Virus record (IMG/VR): IMGVR_UViG_3300042905_004067
Length of the DNA stretch: 64,000 bases
Direction: 5' to 3' (one strand)
Source: a virus
Below are positions 47,053 to 55,778 of the stretch, in pieces. The position numbers and the translations under genes are program-made. The stretch's first letter is position 1. Every line of letters begins with the position of its first letter. The notes beneath the pieces are model-generated. The model had not been told where the DNA came from. It ran no database searches and was given only the letters and a program-made list of their open reading frames with translations.

Positions 47053-47697
47053 ATGGCTACCACCAAGTTCAACCCCACCTATCGTCCGTTCAAGACCTCG
47101 CACCACGCGATCATGGGCGCGGTCGATCACTACATGAGCGATGCGCCGCTGCGCTTCACCAGCGGAGGCGCGCAAGCGTCGTTCATTCGCAACAACGCCC
47201 GCGCGAATACGCCGCGTGAATACGGCATCAAGTTGTTTCCCAATGTTTCGCAGGCGTTCGCCGCGTACCAGCGTCAGAAGATTGCCGCCGACGCTGGCGC
47301 TGCTCCGCCGGTGCGCCGCATGGTGTGCTTCTCGCATCCCGGTATGGTGTACAATCGGGAGCAGGATCGGTATGTTCGCGCCACCGTCCTCAGTTGGGGG
47401 TATCAGACTTGCGTGGCGTACTCCATCGGTATCGAAGCGATGGAAGTGCCGTGGGACATGGAAGAGATGACGAATCCTCCCCTCAGCATGATCCCGGAGC
47501 GGCGTACTCGCGAGTTGTACAAGCTGATGCGTAGTCTCAGCACGGCTGGCACGCAGATCGACGGAAAGCCGCTCGGTACGATTCGCCGTCGTTCGCGGCG
47601 CATGGTTTACGATCTGCACCGTGACAACATCGGTTTCTGGCGCAAGCGCCCCGTTGTCATCGACTTCGGTTACCACATCGTTCAGGAGGCCTGCTAA
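47053..47697 (+). CDS. Protein kinase-like early protein
   Basis: YGIKLF (beta3 Lys), DLHRDNIG catalytic loop, VIDFG. Confidence 0.7.
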   Translation: MATTKFNPTYRPFKTSHHAIMGAVDHYMSDAPLRFTSGGAQASFIRNNARANTPREYGIKLFPNVSQAFAAYQRQKIAADAGAAPPVRRMVCFSHPGMVYNREQDRYVRATVLSWGYQTCVAYSIGIEAMEVPWDMEEMTNPPLSMIPERRTRELYKLMRSLSTAGTQIDGKPLGTIRRRSRRMVYDLHRDNIGFWRKRPVVIDFGYHIVQEAC

Positions 47698-47810
47698 TGA
47701 CAGAGACTCTGCTCTCTTTCGGCGTTTACTGCGTGATTGCGTTCTTCGTTCTCGCAATCTTCTTCGTCCTCTACATTCTCGCTCTCATTCTTTCGGAGGT
47801 AATCTCATGA
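47697..47810 (+). CDS. 37-aa single-pass membrane protein (MTETLLSFGVYCVIAFFVLAIFFVLYILALILSEVIS)
   Basis: Hand-translated; stop/start overlaps with both neighbours; AGGAGG upstream. Confidence 0.6.
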   Translation: MTETLLSFGVYCVIAFFVLAIFFVLYILALILSEVIS

Positions 47811-48184
47811 AGGTTTTCATCGTCAAGATCGACAACGGTAGTTCGACCGCTTGCCACGTTTTCAACAACGAAGCGGCCGCGAACGAGTTTCACGACAAGA
47901 TGAGCCGCCACTACGACGCGGTTGATCCCGAGACTTGGGTTCTCGCTCCGGAGGAGTGTGAAGTTCACGACGGAGTGGCAACCGCGCTCGTCAACGAGTT
48001 GGATGGCGAAGAGTTGCGGTACGAACCCGAATACTGCGACAACTGCGGTGTTCAGGTGTTTGCCACTTCACGCTACAGCGTTCCGATTCTCCCGGTGAAC
48101 ATCGCGTCTGCCAATGCGGGAGAGTCCGCGGTTCTTTGTCCTGAGTGCTGGCAGACGCACATCTGCAAGTGGAGGAAGAAGTAA
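47807..48184 (+). CDS. Early hypothetical protein with C-terminal zinc ribbon
   Basis: Start MKVFIV after GGAGGT; CDNC..CPEC. Confidence 0.6.
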   Translation: MKVFIVKIDNGSSTACHVFNNEAAANEFHDKMSRHYDAVDPETWVLAPEECEVHDGVATALVNELDGEELRYEPEYCDNCGVQVFATSRYSVPILPVNIASANAGESAVLCPECWQTHICKWRKK

Positions 48185-48327
48185 TGAAAATCCGAGTTCG
48201 TTTCGTGCATGATGCTCTTCGCGAAGGAGAGCGCCTGCGTCCCAAGACTTGGGGAAAGAAGGATCGCAATCCCCGCGCCGACCGTCGGCGTATCAAGCGA
48301 GCCATTCACAGAGGAGATTTCGAATGA
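48184..48327 (+). CDS. Small Arg-rich early protein
   Basis: MKIRVRFVHD..; GGAGG SD. Confidence 0.55.
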   Translation: MKIRVRFVHDALREGERLRPKTWGKKDRNPRADRRRIKRAIHRGDFE

Positions 48328-48617
48328 GCGCAATGAACCGCATGTCCCGTGTCATCACCTTCCGTATGCCGTCGGCGCCTGGATGGAAGGTGCAGTTCAA
48401 CATGAACGATCAGCACTTCACGATGATGCGTTTCGGTGAAGTGAAGGATCGTTGGCAGTTGGAACGCGAAGCCGATTGGCGTGGTCAGCGGCGCGATCTA
48501 GAACTGAACGAAATCGAGAACGAAGCGGAGCGCAAACTCCAGCTCGAGACACTTGCATGGGAACACGACCGGCATGCCGATGACGCCGATTTCACCGATC
48601 TCTACCCCAGCTACTGA
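48324..48617 (+). CDS. Early hypothetical protein
   Basis: MSAMNRMS; AGGAG SD. Confidence 0.55.
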   Translation: MSAMNRMSRVITFRMPSAPGWKVQFNMNDQHFTMMRFGEVKDRWQLEREADWRGQRRDLELNEIENEAERKLQLETLAWEHDRHADDADFTDLYPSY

Positions 48618-48728
48618 GGAGCCACAAAACCGATGAACATCATCTTGCGTCAACTGATGAAGGTTGCTACAATCATGGGGTACAAGTGGGAAACGTATCC
48701 CACCGACAACTCCAACAAAGGAAACCGA

Positions 48729-48971
48729 ATGACTGAGACTGACATGATTGTGAACACGTTCCGCGACTATCTGCGCCTCCTCTCTTCTAGCGTCCGAAAC
48801 GCTTCGGAGAGCAAGCAGCGCGACATTTTCGCCCGTGCTCGCACCGTCCGTCAGATCGCTCGTTCCGCCGGTATGCTCCCGCGTCTTGATCGCGCCATCG
48901 CGCACGACAAGACCACGAGCACCGTGTTCGTGAACAGCGACTTCAACTGGACGAAGTACGCGAACGCTTGA
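48729..48971 (+). CDS. Early hypothetical protein
   Basis: MTETDMIV after AAAGGA (alternative start 48633). Confidence 0.55.
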   Translation: MTETDMIVNTFRDYLRLLSSSVRNASESKQRDIFARARTVRQIARSAGMLPRLDRAIAHDKTTSTVFVNSDFNWTKYANA

Positions 48972-49063
48972 TCTCTCCCGTGTGTGTATGGGGAGGGAGT
49001 GCCGCTACTTCTCCCTCCCCGCACACGCCTCATCAAATGAGCCTTGATCAGAAAGACTTTGAT

Positions 49064-49279
49064 ATGGCAAACGGACGATACATCCTTGACTGGCGTAACG
49101 ACCCGCATTACTACTCGGCGGTGAATTTGGATCGGGATGTTCCCGATTACGATCCCGACGAGGATGAGGACGAAAACGAAGATTGGGAAGACCTGGAGGA
49201 CGACACACATGACGGTGGTAGCCATGATGAGTCCGAAGGCAACGATGATTGGTCTGGCCCTGACGAAGATCTAGACTGA
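49064..49279 (+). CDS. Highly acidic small early protein
   Basis: DYDPDEDEDENEDWEDLEDD... Confidence 0.55.
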   Translation: MANGRYILDWRNDPHYYSAVNLDRDVPDYDPDEDEDENEDWEDLEDDTHDGGSHDESEGNDDWSGPDEDLD

Positions 49280-49345
49280 CACCATCGGGAGCGCCGCGGG
49301 GCGCTCGCCCAATCCAAACAAACCTAGTGCATCTAGGCAGTCCCG

Positions 49346-49374
49346 CCCCCCTACTGCGAAGTGGGGGTTTTTTA
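49346..49374 (+). terminator. Intrinsic terminator
   Basis: CCCCCTAC-TGCGAA-GTGGGGG plus T-run. Confidence 0.7.
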
Positions 49375-49448
49375 TTTGTCCGTGTTGATAGTATTATTAT
49401 CGGACGTAACGTTATCGGACATGCGCCGTTTGCTTACGTTTTAGGGGG

Positions 49449-49477
49449 TTGACACGACCCCCCAGGTCCAGTACAAT
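49449..49477 (+). promoter_or_regulatory. Early sigma70 promoter TTGACA-N17-TACAAT
   Basis: Near-identical to 51703-51731; -35 lies inside a GGGGG..CCCCC inverted repeat. Confidence 0.8.
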
Positions 49478-49486
49478 GGGCGCACT

Positions 49487-50917
49487 ATGGCTACCGCTCT
49501 CTCTACCAAGCAGTCCGCGTTCGTTTCCGCTCTCGCCTCCATCACCACGATCTCGCCCGTGAAGCGCGCGGATCTCGTGGCCGCTGCCGCCAAGTGCGGT
49601 ATGGCGTGCCCTCCCGCGTGGATCGTCAAGGACACCGCCCGCAGTGCGGGTCGTGGCCTGTTCCACGTGCCGGAACTGAAGGGTGAGCAGATGGTGCTCA
49701 CGCCGGCTGCTGCTGCGCCTGCGCCTGTCGTTGCTCAGGCGGTGCGCGGTTCCACCCCAGTCATCAGCAGTGCTTCCGTGCTCGGGATGACCGGCGGCGA
49801 GCGCATGACGCTGATCCCCGACAAGATCGATACCTACGTTCCGTGGGGTCACTTCGCGTCGATTGAGTCGATCCTGCGTTCGCGGCTGTTCTCGCCCATG
49901 TTCATCACGGGTCTGTCCGGCAACGGTAAGACGACGATGGTGGAGCAGGTCTGCGCCAAGTTGAAGCGTGAGTGCTTCCGCGTCAACATCACCGCCGAAA
50001 CCGACGAGAGCGATCTGCTCGGTTCGTTCGGCCTCGTTGACGGCAACACCGTCTGGCAGGATGGTCCCGTCACGGTTGCGCTGAAGCGCGGTGCCGTGCT
50101 GCTCCTTGACGAGATCGATCTCGGCACGGAGAAGATCATGTGCCTTCAGTCCGTGCTTGAGGGTAAGGGCGTGATGATCAAGAAGATCGGCCAGTTCGTG
50201 CATCCGGCTGATGGGTTCACCGTCATCGCGACCGCGAACACGAAGGGTAAGGGCGACGACAACGGACGTTTCGCCGGTACTCGCATTCTCAACGAAGCGT
50301 TCCTTGACCGTTTCGACTTCACCTACGAGCAGTCGTATGCTCCCAAGGCGACTGAGAAGAAGATTCTCACCAAGAAGATGGAGAAGTTCGGCAAGATTGA
50401 CGAGAAGTTCGCAGAGAACCTTGTGCGGTGGGCGGAGATCATCCGTGCCACCTACGAGGAGAACGGGATTGACGAGATCATCACCACGCGCCGCCTGGAG
50501 GGCGTGTGCAAGGCGTTCGCCATCTTTGGCGACCGCATGGAAGCGGTGAAGATGTGCGTTTCCCGGTTTGACGAACTGACTCGCCAGGGTATGCTTGACG
50601 CTTACACCAAGGTCGACGCCGAGGTGAACCCGGTGAGCGCGACTCAGACCGCCGAGGAGGCGCAGGGTCCGCAGCCCTACGATGCGTCCAAGACCTACGC
50701 TGCTGAAGCGATCAACTCTGCGAAGGTTCTCTGGCTGATGGCGGCCAAGTACGAGGACCGGAACGATGTCAAGTCGGCGGGAGCGATGTGGGACCCTGCG
50801 AACAAGAAGTGGGGTATCTCGCCTTCCATGTACTGGTCCTCGCCTGCGACCTGGAACAAGTACGAGCCGCGTCCCGTTGACATGAACGGGCAGATCCTTC
50901 CCTCGTTCAACGCCTAA
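49487..50917 (+). CDS. MoxR/CobS-like AAA+ ATPase with C-terminal DUF5710-like domain
   Basis: GLSGNGKT, LLLDEID, ATANTKG, NEAFLDRF, ITTRRL; C-terminal VKSAGAMWDPANKKW. Confidence 0.9.
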   Translation: MATALSTKQSAFVSALASITTISPVKRADLVAAAAKCGMACPPAWIVKDTARSAGRGLFHVPELKGEQMVLTPAAAAPAPVVAQAVRGSTPVISSASVLGMTGGERMTLIPDKIDTYVPWGHFASIESILRSRLFSPMFITGLSGNGKTTMVEQVCAKLKRECFRVNITAETDESDLLGSFGLVDGNTVWQDGPVTVALKRGAVLLLDEIDLGTEKIMCLQSVLEGKGVMIKKIGQFVHPADGFTVIATANTKGKGDDNGRFAGTRILNEAFLDRFDFTYEQSYAPKATEKKILTKKMEKFGKIDEKFAENLVRWAEIIRATYEENGIDEIITTRRLEGVCKAFAIFGDRMEAVKMCVSRFDELTRQGMLDAYTKVDAEVNPVSATQTAEEAQGPQPYDASKTYAAEAINSAKVLWLMAAKYEDRNDVKSAGAMWDPANKKWGISPSMYWSSPATWNKYEPRPVDMNGQILPSFNA

Positions 50918-50990
50918 TGGCAGCCATATCAGCAGAAATCCTTCGGGATTTTTGTTGATAGTACTCCCCCTCTCTGATACAATCGACCCC

Positions 50991-51230
50991 ATGAACAGCA
51001 GCACCACCATCTCTGATTCACTCTCTCAACTTCGGACTCTTTCGAATCAAGATCCGAACTTCCAGTCCTATGTGTCGGTCGTTATGGCCGGCAGGATCAT
51101 CATGAGCCTGTCTCGTCTTGATCGTCAACTGTTCAGCGACGAAGAGATCAAGGAGTTTAATCTGATCGCTGATCGCGCCAGCCTGTCGGCTCGCATGTTC
51201 GCCTCCAACATCAACAACGACACTTACTGA
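50991..51230 (+). CDS. Early hypothetical protein
   Basis: TTGATA-N17-TACAAT promoter 7 nt upstream of ATG. Confidence 0.55.
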   Translation: MNSSTTISDSLSQLRTLSNQDPNFQSYVSVVMAGRIIMSLSRLDRQLFSDEEIKEFNLIADRASLSARMFASNINNDTY

Positions 51231-51233
51231 ACC

Positions 51234-51578
51234 ATGAATACCAACAACAACAATTCGTACCGTGGCAATGATTACAATCTCCTGAAGCCTTACCAGCAGG
51301 AGTTCATCCGAATGATCGCAAACTGGGCTTCAGTCAGCATGAAGACCACGATCACCGCAGACTTCGGATGGGATCGCTCTCTTCTTCGCGACATCGCGAT
51401 TTCGAACGGGATGAAGTGGGCGCCAGCCTGGATCGTGAAGGACAAGAATCGAAAGAAGGGACGAGGCTATTATATGGTTCCCGAGGTGTGTGATTACATT
51501 CTCTCCGTGATGCCTAACGAGAGCACCGAGCGGGATGCGGCTGTGGAATCCGCAGAGACTGAGCCAGTCGCCGTCTAA
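51234..51578 (+). CDS. Stand-alone homolog of the ATPase N-terminal domain
   Basis: APAWIVKDKNRKKGRGYYMVPE versus PPAWIVKDTARSAGRGLFHVPE. Confidence 0.65.
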   Translation: MNTNNNNSYRGNDYNLLKPYQQEFIRMIANWASVSMKTTITADFGWDRSLLRDIAISNGMKWAPAWIVKDKNRKKGRGYYMVPEVCDYILSVMPNESTERDAAVESAETEPVAV

Positions 51579-51702
51579 GGCACAAGCCAGTTTCCCATCT
51601 TTCAGGGGCAGGTCTTCACAGAGACCTGCCCCTTATCATTTGACGATTGTTGATAGTACAGTTATCGGACGTACCCCCGTTTTCTAGGTAGGTTTTAGGG
51701 GG

Positions 51703-51731
51703 TTGACACGACCCCCCAGGTCCTGTATAAT
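51703..51731 (+). promoter_or_regulatory. Early sigma70 promoter TTGACA-N17-TATAAT (perfect consensus)
   Basis: Exact consensus; ATG 7 nt after the -10 box. Confidence 0.85.
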
Positions 51732-51738
51732 GAACACT

Positions 51739-54195
51739 ATGGCTAAGCTTCCCACCGTCACTACCTCCACGCACAATCACGCGGCCGCGTCCGTCATGGC
51801 GCGCATTCTGTCGACCGAGAACATCTCGGTCGTCGTGAATCCGGCTGCGAGCACCGCATCGTTCGATCTCGCGAATCGCGTTCTGTATCTTCCCGAGTGG
51901 AAGGACATGAGCCGCAACGTGTACGACATGCTCATCGGGCATGAGATCTCCCACGCGCTGCACACTCCCGCTGACGGCTGGCGTTCGACTTGCGATTCGA
52001 TCAGCGGTACGACCGACACTTCCTCGCCTGAGTGGCGCACTGCGTCGCTCTACCTCAACGTGGTTGAGGATGCGCGTATCGAACGGCTGGTCAAGGACAA
52101 GTTCCCCGGCTTCAAGCGCGACTTCGTGACTGCGTACAACGAACTCGCCGCCAAGGACTTCTTCGGCGTGAAGAAGATCGACCTCAACACGCTCACGCTC
52201 CCGGATCGCCTGAACCTGTACTACAAGCTCGGCACCATCGGTTCGGTCGGTATTCGTTTCACCGCTGACGAGCAGCAGTTCATCTCTCGTATCGACGCTG
52301 CAAAGTCGTTCGATGAGATCTCGTCCATCGCTGCGGATCTCTACACCTTCTGCAAGGAGCAGCAGGCGAAGAAGCAGAAGCAGCAGCAGACGCCTACCGT
52401 TCCGAACGACGGCGACTCGTCGGACAACGGGAAGAACGACACGAAGGCGCCCGAGAGCAAGAAGGGCGAGAAGGCGCAGGACAAGGGTCCGGCGCAGAAC
52501 ATGAAGGGTAGCGGCGACAAGTCGGATTCGTCGGATCAGAAGGATCAGACTTCTGCTGCTGAGAGTTCGTCCGATGGTGACGAGCAGCAGGAACGCCCCC
52601 AGTCGCAGTCTCCGTCTGCCCCTGCGGCTGGAACTGGCGCTGCTCCGACGCCCATCACTCAGCAGGCGTTCAACGACGCGCTTCAGCAGAGCGTGAAGAA
52701 GCCCAATGCTTACGAAACCTCGGATCTCATCGCGCAGACCGAACTGGTTTTCCCCGATCTCTCCAAGGTCGTGATCGACTACAAGACGCTCGTGGCTGAC
52801 TCCAAGACCGATGCGCCTGGTTTCTTCAACCCGGTGAAGGCGTATGATCAGGAGTACCGCAAGAACATTCTCGCGGCCGACGAGAAGTTTGTTCGCGAGA
52901 GCAAGCGTAGCGTCGACCTGCTGATCAAGCAGTTTGAACTGCGAAAGGCTGCTCAGGTGTCGAAGCGCGCCGCGATTCGCAACACCGGCGTCCTTGACAC
53001 GGTTCGCATGACGAGCTACAAGTGGTCGGATGACATCTTCCGCCGCAACACGATTCTGCCGGAGGGAAAGAATCACGGCCTCGTCATGTACGTTGACTGG
53101 TCGGGTTCCATGTCCTGCAATCTGCTGTCCGTGCTTGAGCAGACGTATGTGCTCTGCGACTTCTGCCGTCGCGCAGGGATTCCGTTCGAAGTCTATGCGT
53201 TCACGACTCGTTCGTGGAGCACTGGAACCGAATACACTGCTGATCCTAGCACCGATCAGAACAATATGCTCGGCGTGTGGGGTAAGGATCGTGTCAGTTT
53301 TGATCGGTATCAGAACCCCTCCCCGAAGAACGGTAGCGGCGCGCGAACTCAGCCGGCGGCGCACTATGTGTTCTCGCTGCTGAACCTGTTCTCCTCGCGC
53401 ATGAACAAGCAGGAGTACATTCAGATGCGCCAGTTCACTCGCGCCCTGGCCAGTGTTTCGCACACGACCGGGTACATGGATCGCCCGACGCGGTGGGATC
53501 TCAGCGGCACTGCCCTTGACGAAGCAATCGTCAGCGCCATGCTGATGGTTCCCAAGTTCAAGGCGGACAACCGGCTCGACATCGTGAACACGGTGTTCCT
53601 CACCGATGGCGAAACGAGCATTCCGTACTGCGGAAAGCAGCTGATCGACCCCAAGACTCGCGCAGTCTATTCGACCGCCGAACTTGACCGCAACAACGCG
53701 GAACTGGAGCAGGGACGCAGCAGCCACGGTTCCTCCACCAACGTCCTGCTCCTCGCGTTCCGCGAGATCACCGGCAGCCGTGCGGTTGGTATGTACCTCA
53801 CCTCGCACCCCTCCATGCAGCCCTGCACCATGTTCCCGAAGCGTGTTGCGAAGCAACTTCCCATCTCTGAGCAGATTCTGATCGCGCGCGGACACAACAA
53901 GACCAGTACTTACTTCCGCACCGAAGTCATTCGTCACTCTGCCGCTGCGGTGCAGGACGATCTGATCAAGGAGTTCAAGGCGAACAACATGATCGTCACC
54001 GAACCGAACACGACAGGGTACGACGAGTTCTTCATCATCAAGTCCAACGTCAAGGTCGTTGGCGAGGACGAGTTCAAGAACGTCGAAGTCGGTGCGTCGC
54101 AGTTGAAGCTCAAGCGCGCTTTCGCCAAGTCGTTTGGTGATCGCAACAAGAACCGCACCCTCGTCAACCGTTTCATCGAACTGATCGCCCGCTAA
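51739..54195 (+). CDS. HExxH metallopeptidase-like plus VWA (CobT-like) partner of the MoxR ATPase
   Basis: GHEISH, NVVEDARIE, low-complexity linker, MIDAS DWSGSM..GTAL..FLTDGE. Confidence 0.88.
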   Translation: MAKLPTVTTSTHNHAAASVMARILSTENISVVVNPAASTASFDLANRVLYLPEWKDMSRNVYDMLIGHEISHALHTPADGWRSTCDSISGTTDTSSPEWRTASLYLNVVEDARIERLVKDKFPGFKRDFVTAYNELAAKDFFGVKKIDLNTLTLPDRLNLYYKLGTIGSVGIRFTADEQQFISRIDAAKSFDEISSIAADLYTFCKEQQAKKQKQQQTPTVPNDGDSSDNGKNDTKAPESKKGEKAQDKGPAQNMKGSGDKSDSSDQKDQTSAAESSSDGDEQQERPQSQSPSAPAAGTGAAPTPITQQAFNDALQQSVKKPNAYETSDLIAQTELVFPDLSKVVIDYKTLVADSKTDAPGFFNPVKAYDQEYRKNILAADEKFVRESKRSVDLLIKQFELRKAAQVSKRAAIRNTGVLDTVRMTSYKWSDDIFRRNTILPEGKNHGLVMYVDWSGSMSCNLLSVLEQTYVLCDFCRRAGIPFEVYAFTTRSWSTGTEYTADPSTDQNNMLGVWGKDRVSFDRYQNPSPKNGSGARTQPAAHYVFSLLNLFSSRMNKQEYIQMRQFTRALASVSHTTGYMDRPTRWDLSGTALDEAIVSAMLMVPKFKADNRLDIVNTVFLTDGETSIPYCGKQLIDPKTRAVYSTAELDRNNAELEQGRSSHGSSTNVLLLAFREITGSRAVGMYLTSHPSMQPCTMFPKRVAKQLPISEQILIARGHNKTSTYFRTEVIRHSAAAVQDDLIKEFKANNMIVTEPNTTGYDEFFIIKSNVKVVGEDEFKNVEVGASQLKLKRAFAKSFGDRNKNRTLVNRFIELIAR

Positions 54196-54206
54196 TAGGA
54201 GCAACT

Positions 54207-54401
54207 ATGACACTTCCCTACGAAGAGTATAACGCGATTCTTTCCTGCACCCGGTTCATGTATGATCTCATGGACCCGAAGCGCACTCCCGGAGTTCCCA
54301 AGTGGGTGCGCGTGGAGGCACGGCGCCGTGTGAAGCACATGCCGCTTGAACCGGTTCTGCTAGAGCGGTACAAGGACTTGCTTCCGAAACAGCCTCAATA
54401 A
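54207..54401 (+). CDS. Conserved small phage protein
   Basis: MTLPYE..TPGVPKWVR..KHMP; AGGAG SD. Confidence 0.6.
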   Translation: MTLPYEEYNAILSCTRFMYDLMDPKRTPGVPKWVRVEARRRVKHMPLEPVLLERYKDLLPKQPQ

Positions 54402-54498
54402 TCGGTACAAACAGTCTTAGCCCAAACGGGCCAGTCGGGATACATATCTTGACTGGCTCGTTTTTGTTTGGTACGATTGTTGATAGTAGGAGCACTCT

Positions 54499-55089
54499 AT
54501 GAAGGAATCCGAATTCATCCGCCTAGTCCGCGACGATCTCGCAAGCGAGAATGTAAATTTGATCATTGGTAGAGGAAAGCAAATCAACTGCGATGGTATT
54601 CGCGTCGATGGATACTTTAGCGATTACGCACGAGAACTTCGAGTAGCACGAGGATGTAAGCAATGGCTTGGCACTCTATGCCACGAATACGCCCACTTTC
54701 GTCAGTGGATAGAGGGATGCAAACACTATCAACAATCCACCAAAGCCATACAGATTATCGACACATGGTTCTCTGGAAAGGAATACTCCGAACGGGAACT
54801 GTCGAGAGCATTTCGACTCGTTCGCACGATGGAACGTGATGCCGAACGGAGAACTGCCGAAATGATCGAACGGTATTCTCTTCCCGTAGATCTGAATCTT
54901 TATATCAAAAGAGCAAACTGCTACATCTATGCTCACTTCATCATGGAGCGACATCGTAAGTTCTGGGCGTTCTCTCGCGACCCATTTCGTAGCAGAGTTG
55001 TTCTGAACCTCATGCCAAACGATTTTCGTTGTCAGTCCCATCACAAACTCCCACCTGACATCGACACAGCACTTGAATCCCTCGTCTGA
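54499..55089 (+). CDS. HExxH zinc metallopeptidase-like protein
   Basis: DGYF..LCHEYAHFRQW..MERDAE. Confidence 0.6.
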   Translation: MKESEFIRLVRDDLASENVNLIIGRGKQINCDGIRVDGYFSDYARELRVARGCKQWLGTLCHEYAHFRQWIEGCKHYQQSTKAIQIIDTWFSGKEYSERELSRAFRLVRTMERDAERRTAEMIERYSLPVDLNLYIKRANCYIYAHFIMERHRKFWAFSRDPFRSRVVLNLMPNDFRCQSHHKLPPDIDTALESLV

Positions 55090-55168
55090 TTGTTGATAGT
55101 ATATGCATATTATTCCATTGCATAGCATATTATTTCATTGAATAAATAATGGTATAGGAGTTTTCATT

Positions 55169-55462
55169 ATGCCGACTTATAATTATTCATGCGAATCCTG
55201 CAAGAAACTTTGGGAAGAAACACACACTATTGCCGAACGGGAATCCCCATGTTCGCTACCTTGTCCTCATTGCAAGAAGAAGAAGGTATTCAAGACAATG
55301 GAAGGATGCTTACCCGGTCTTGGCGCCGACAAAACTCTCACTCCCAACAAAGCATCTGGGGGACGCTGGAACGAACTCATGTCCAAGATCAAATCTGGTG
55401 CTCCCAAGAGGCTTCACAAGAATATTGACGGCACTGGCGGTGTCGGTCATCGTTGGAAATAA
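55169..55462 (+). CDS. FmdB-family zinc ribbon protein
   Basis: MPTYNYSCESC..CPHC. Confidence 0.8.
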   Translation: MPTYNYSCESCKKLWEETHTIAERESPCSLPCPHCKKKKVFKTMEGCLPGLGADKTLTPNKASGGRWNELMSKIKSGAPKRLHKNIDGTGGVGHRWK

Positions 55463-55778
55463 AACTCTGACAAAACCTGGATGTTTCAGTAAAACACTTA
55501 CAGGCTCGCTAGGAGTTCGCGGCTTGGCGGTGGCTTGGCGGTGAAACTGAGATATAGTGATAGGCTGTACAAAGCATAGAATGCTCTCGACAGAACTGCG
55601 TGGCTTTGCGTGATTTGGCGGCTTGCGGGATAGAATGCCACTTTACCCCCACATCCCCCCATATTTCCCCACATCTATTTACCCCATTCGTCCATACCCT
55701 GTCATTTTGACAGATTTAGTATACAGGCATTCCCTTCCCGTGATTACCAATGCCGAACGGGTGTCTTATCCTTGTGTC

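Noticed and set aside
49487-54195. Cobalamin biosynthesis (cobS/cobT)
   Set aside because: No cobN or other cob genes in the window; this is the generic phage MoxR/VWA pair often mislabelled CobS/CobT.
49412-54204. Long antisense ORFs (532 aa, 862 aa; also 46726-47757 and 45285-45878)
   Set aside because: They mirror GC-rich sense genes in the same codon register, have no motifs or promoters, and are expected shadows of biased codon usage.
45250-54400. Integrated mobile element or host DNA
   Set aside because: No integrase, transposase or att-like ends; genes are phage-type, and the TGTTGATAGTA motif continues into the lower-GC flank at 54474 and 55088. A chimera cannot be fully excluded without reads.
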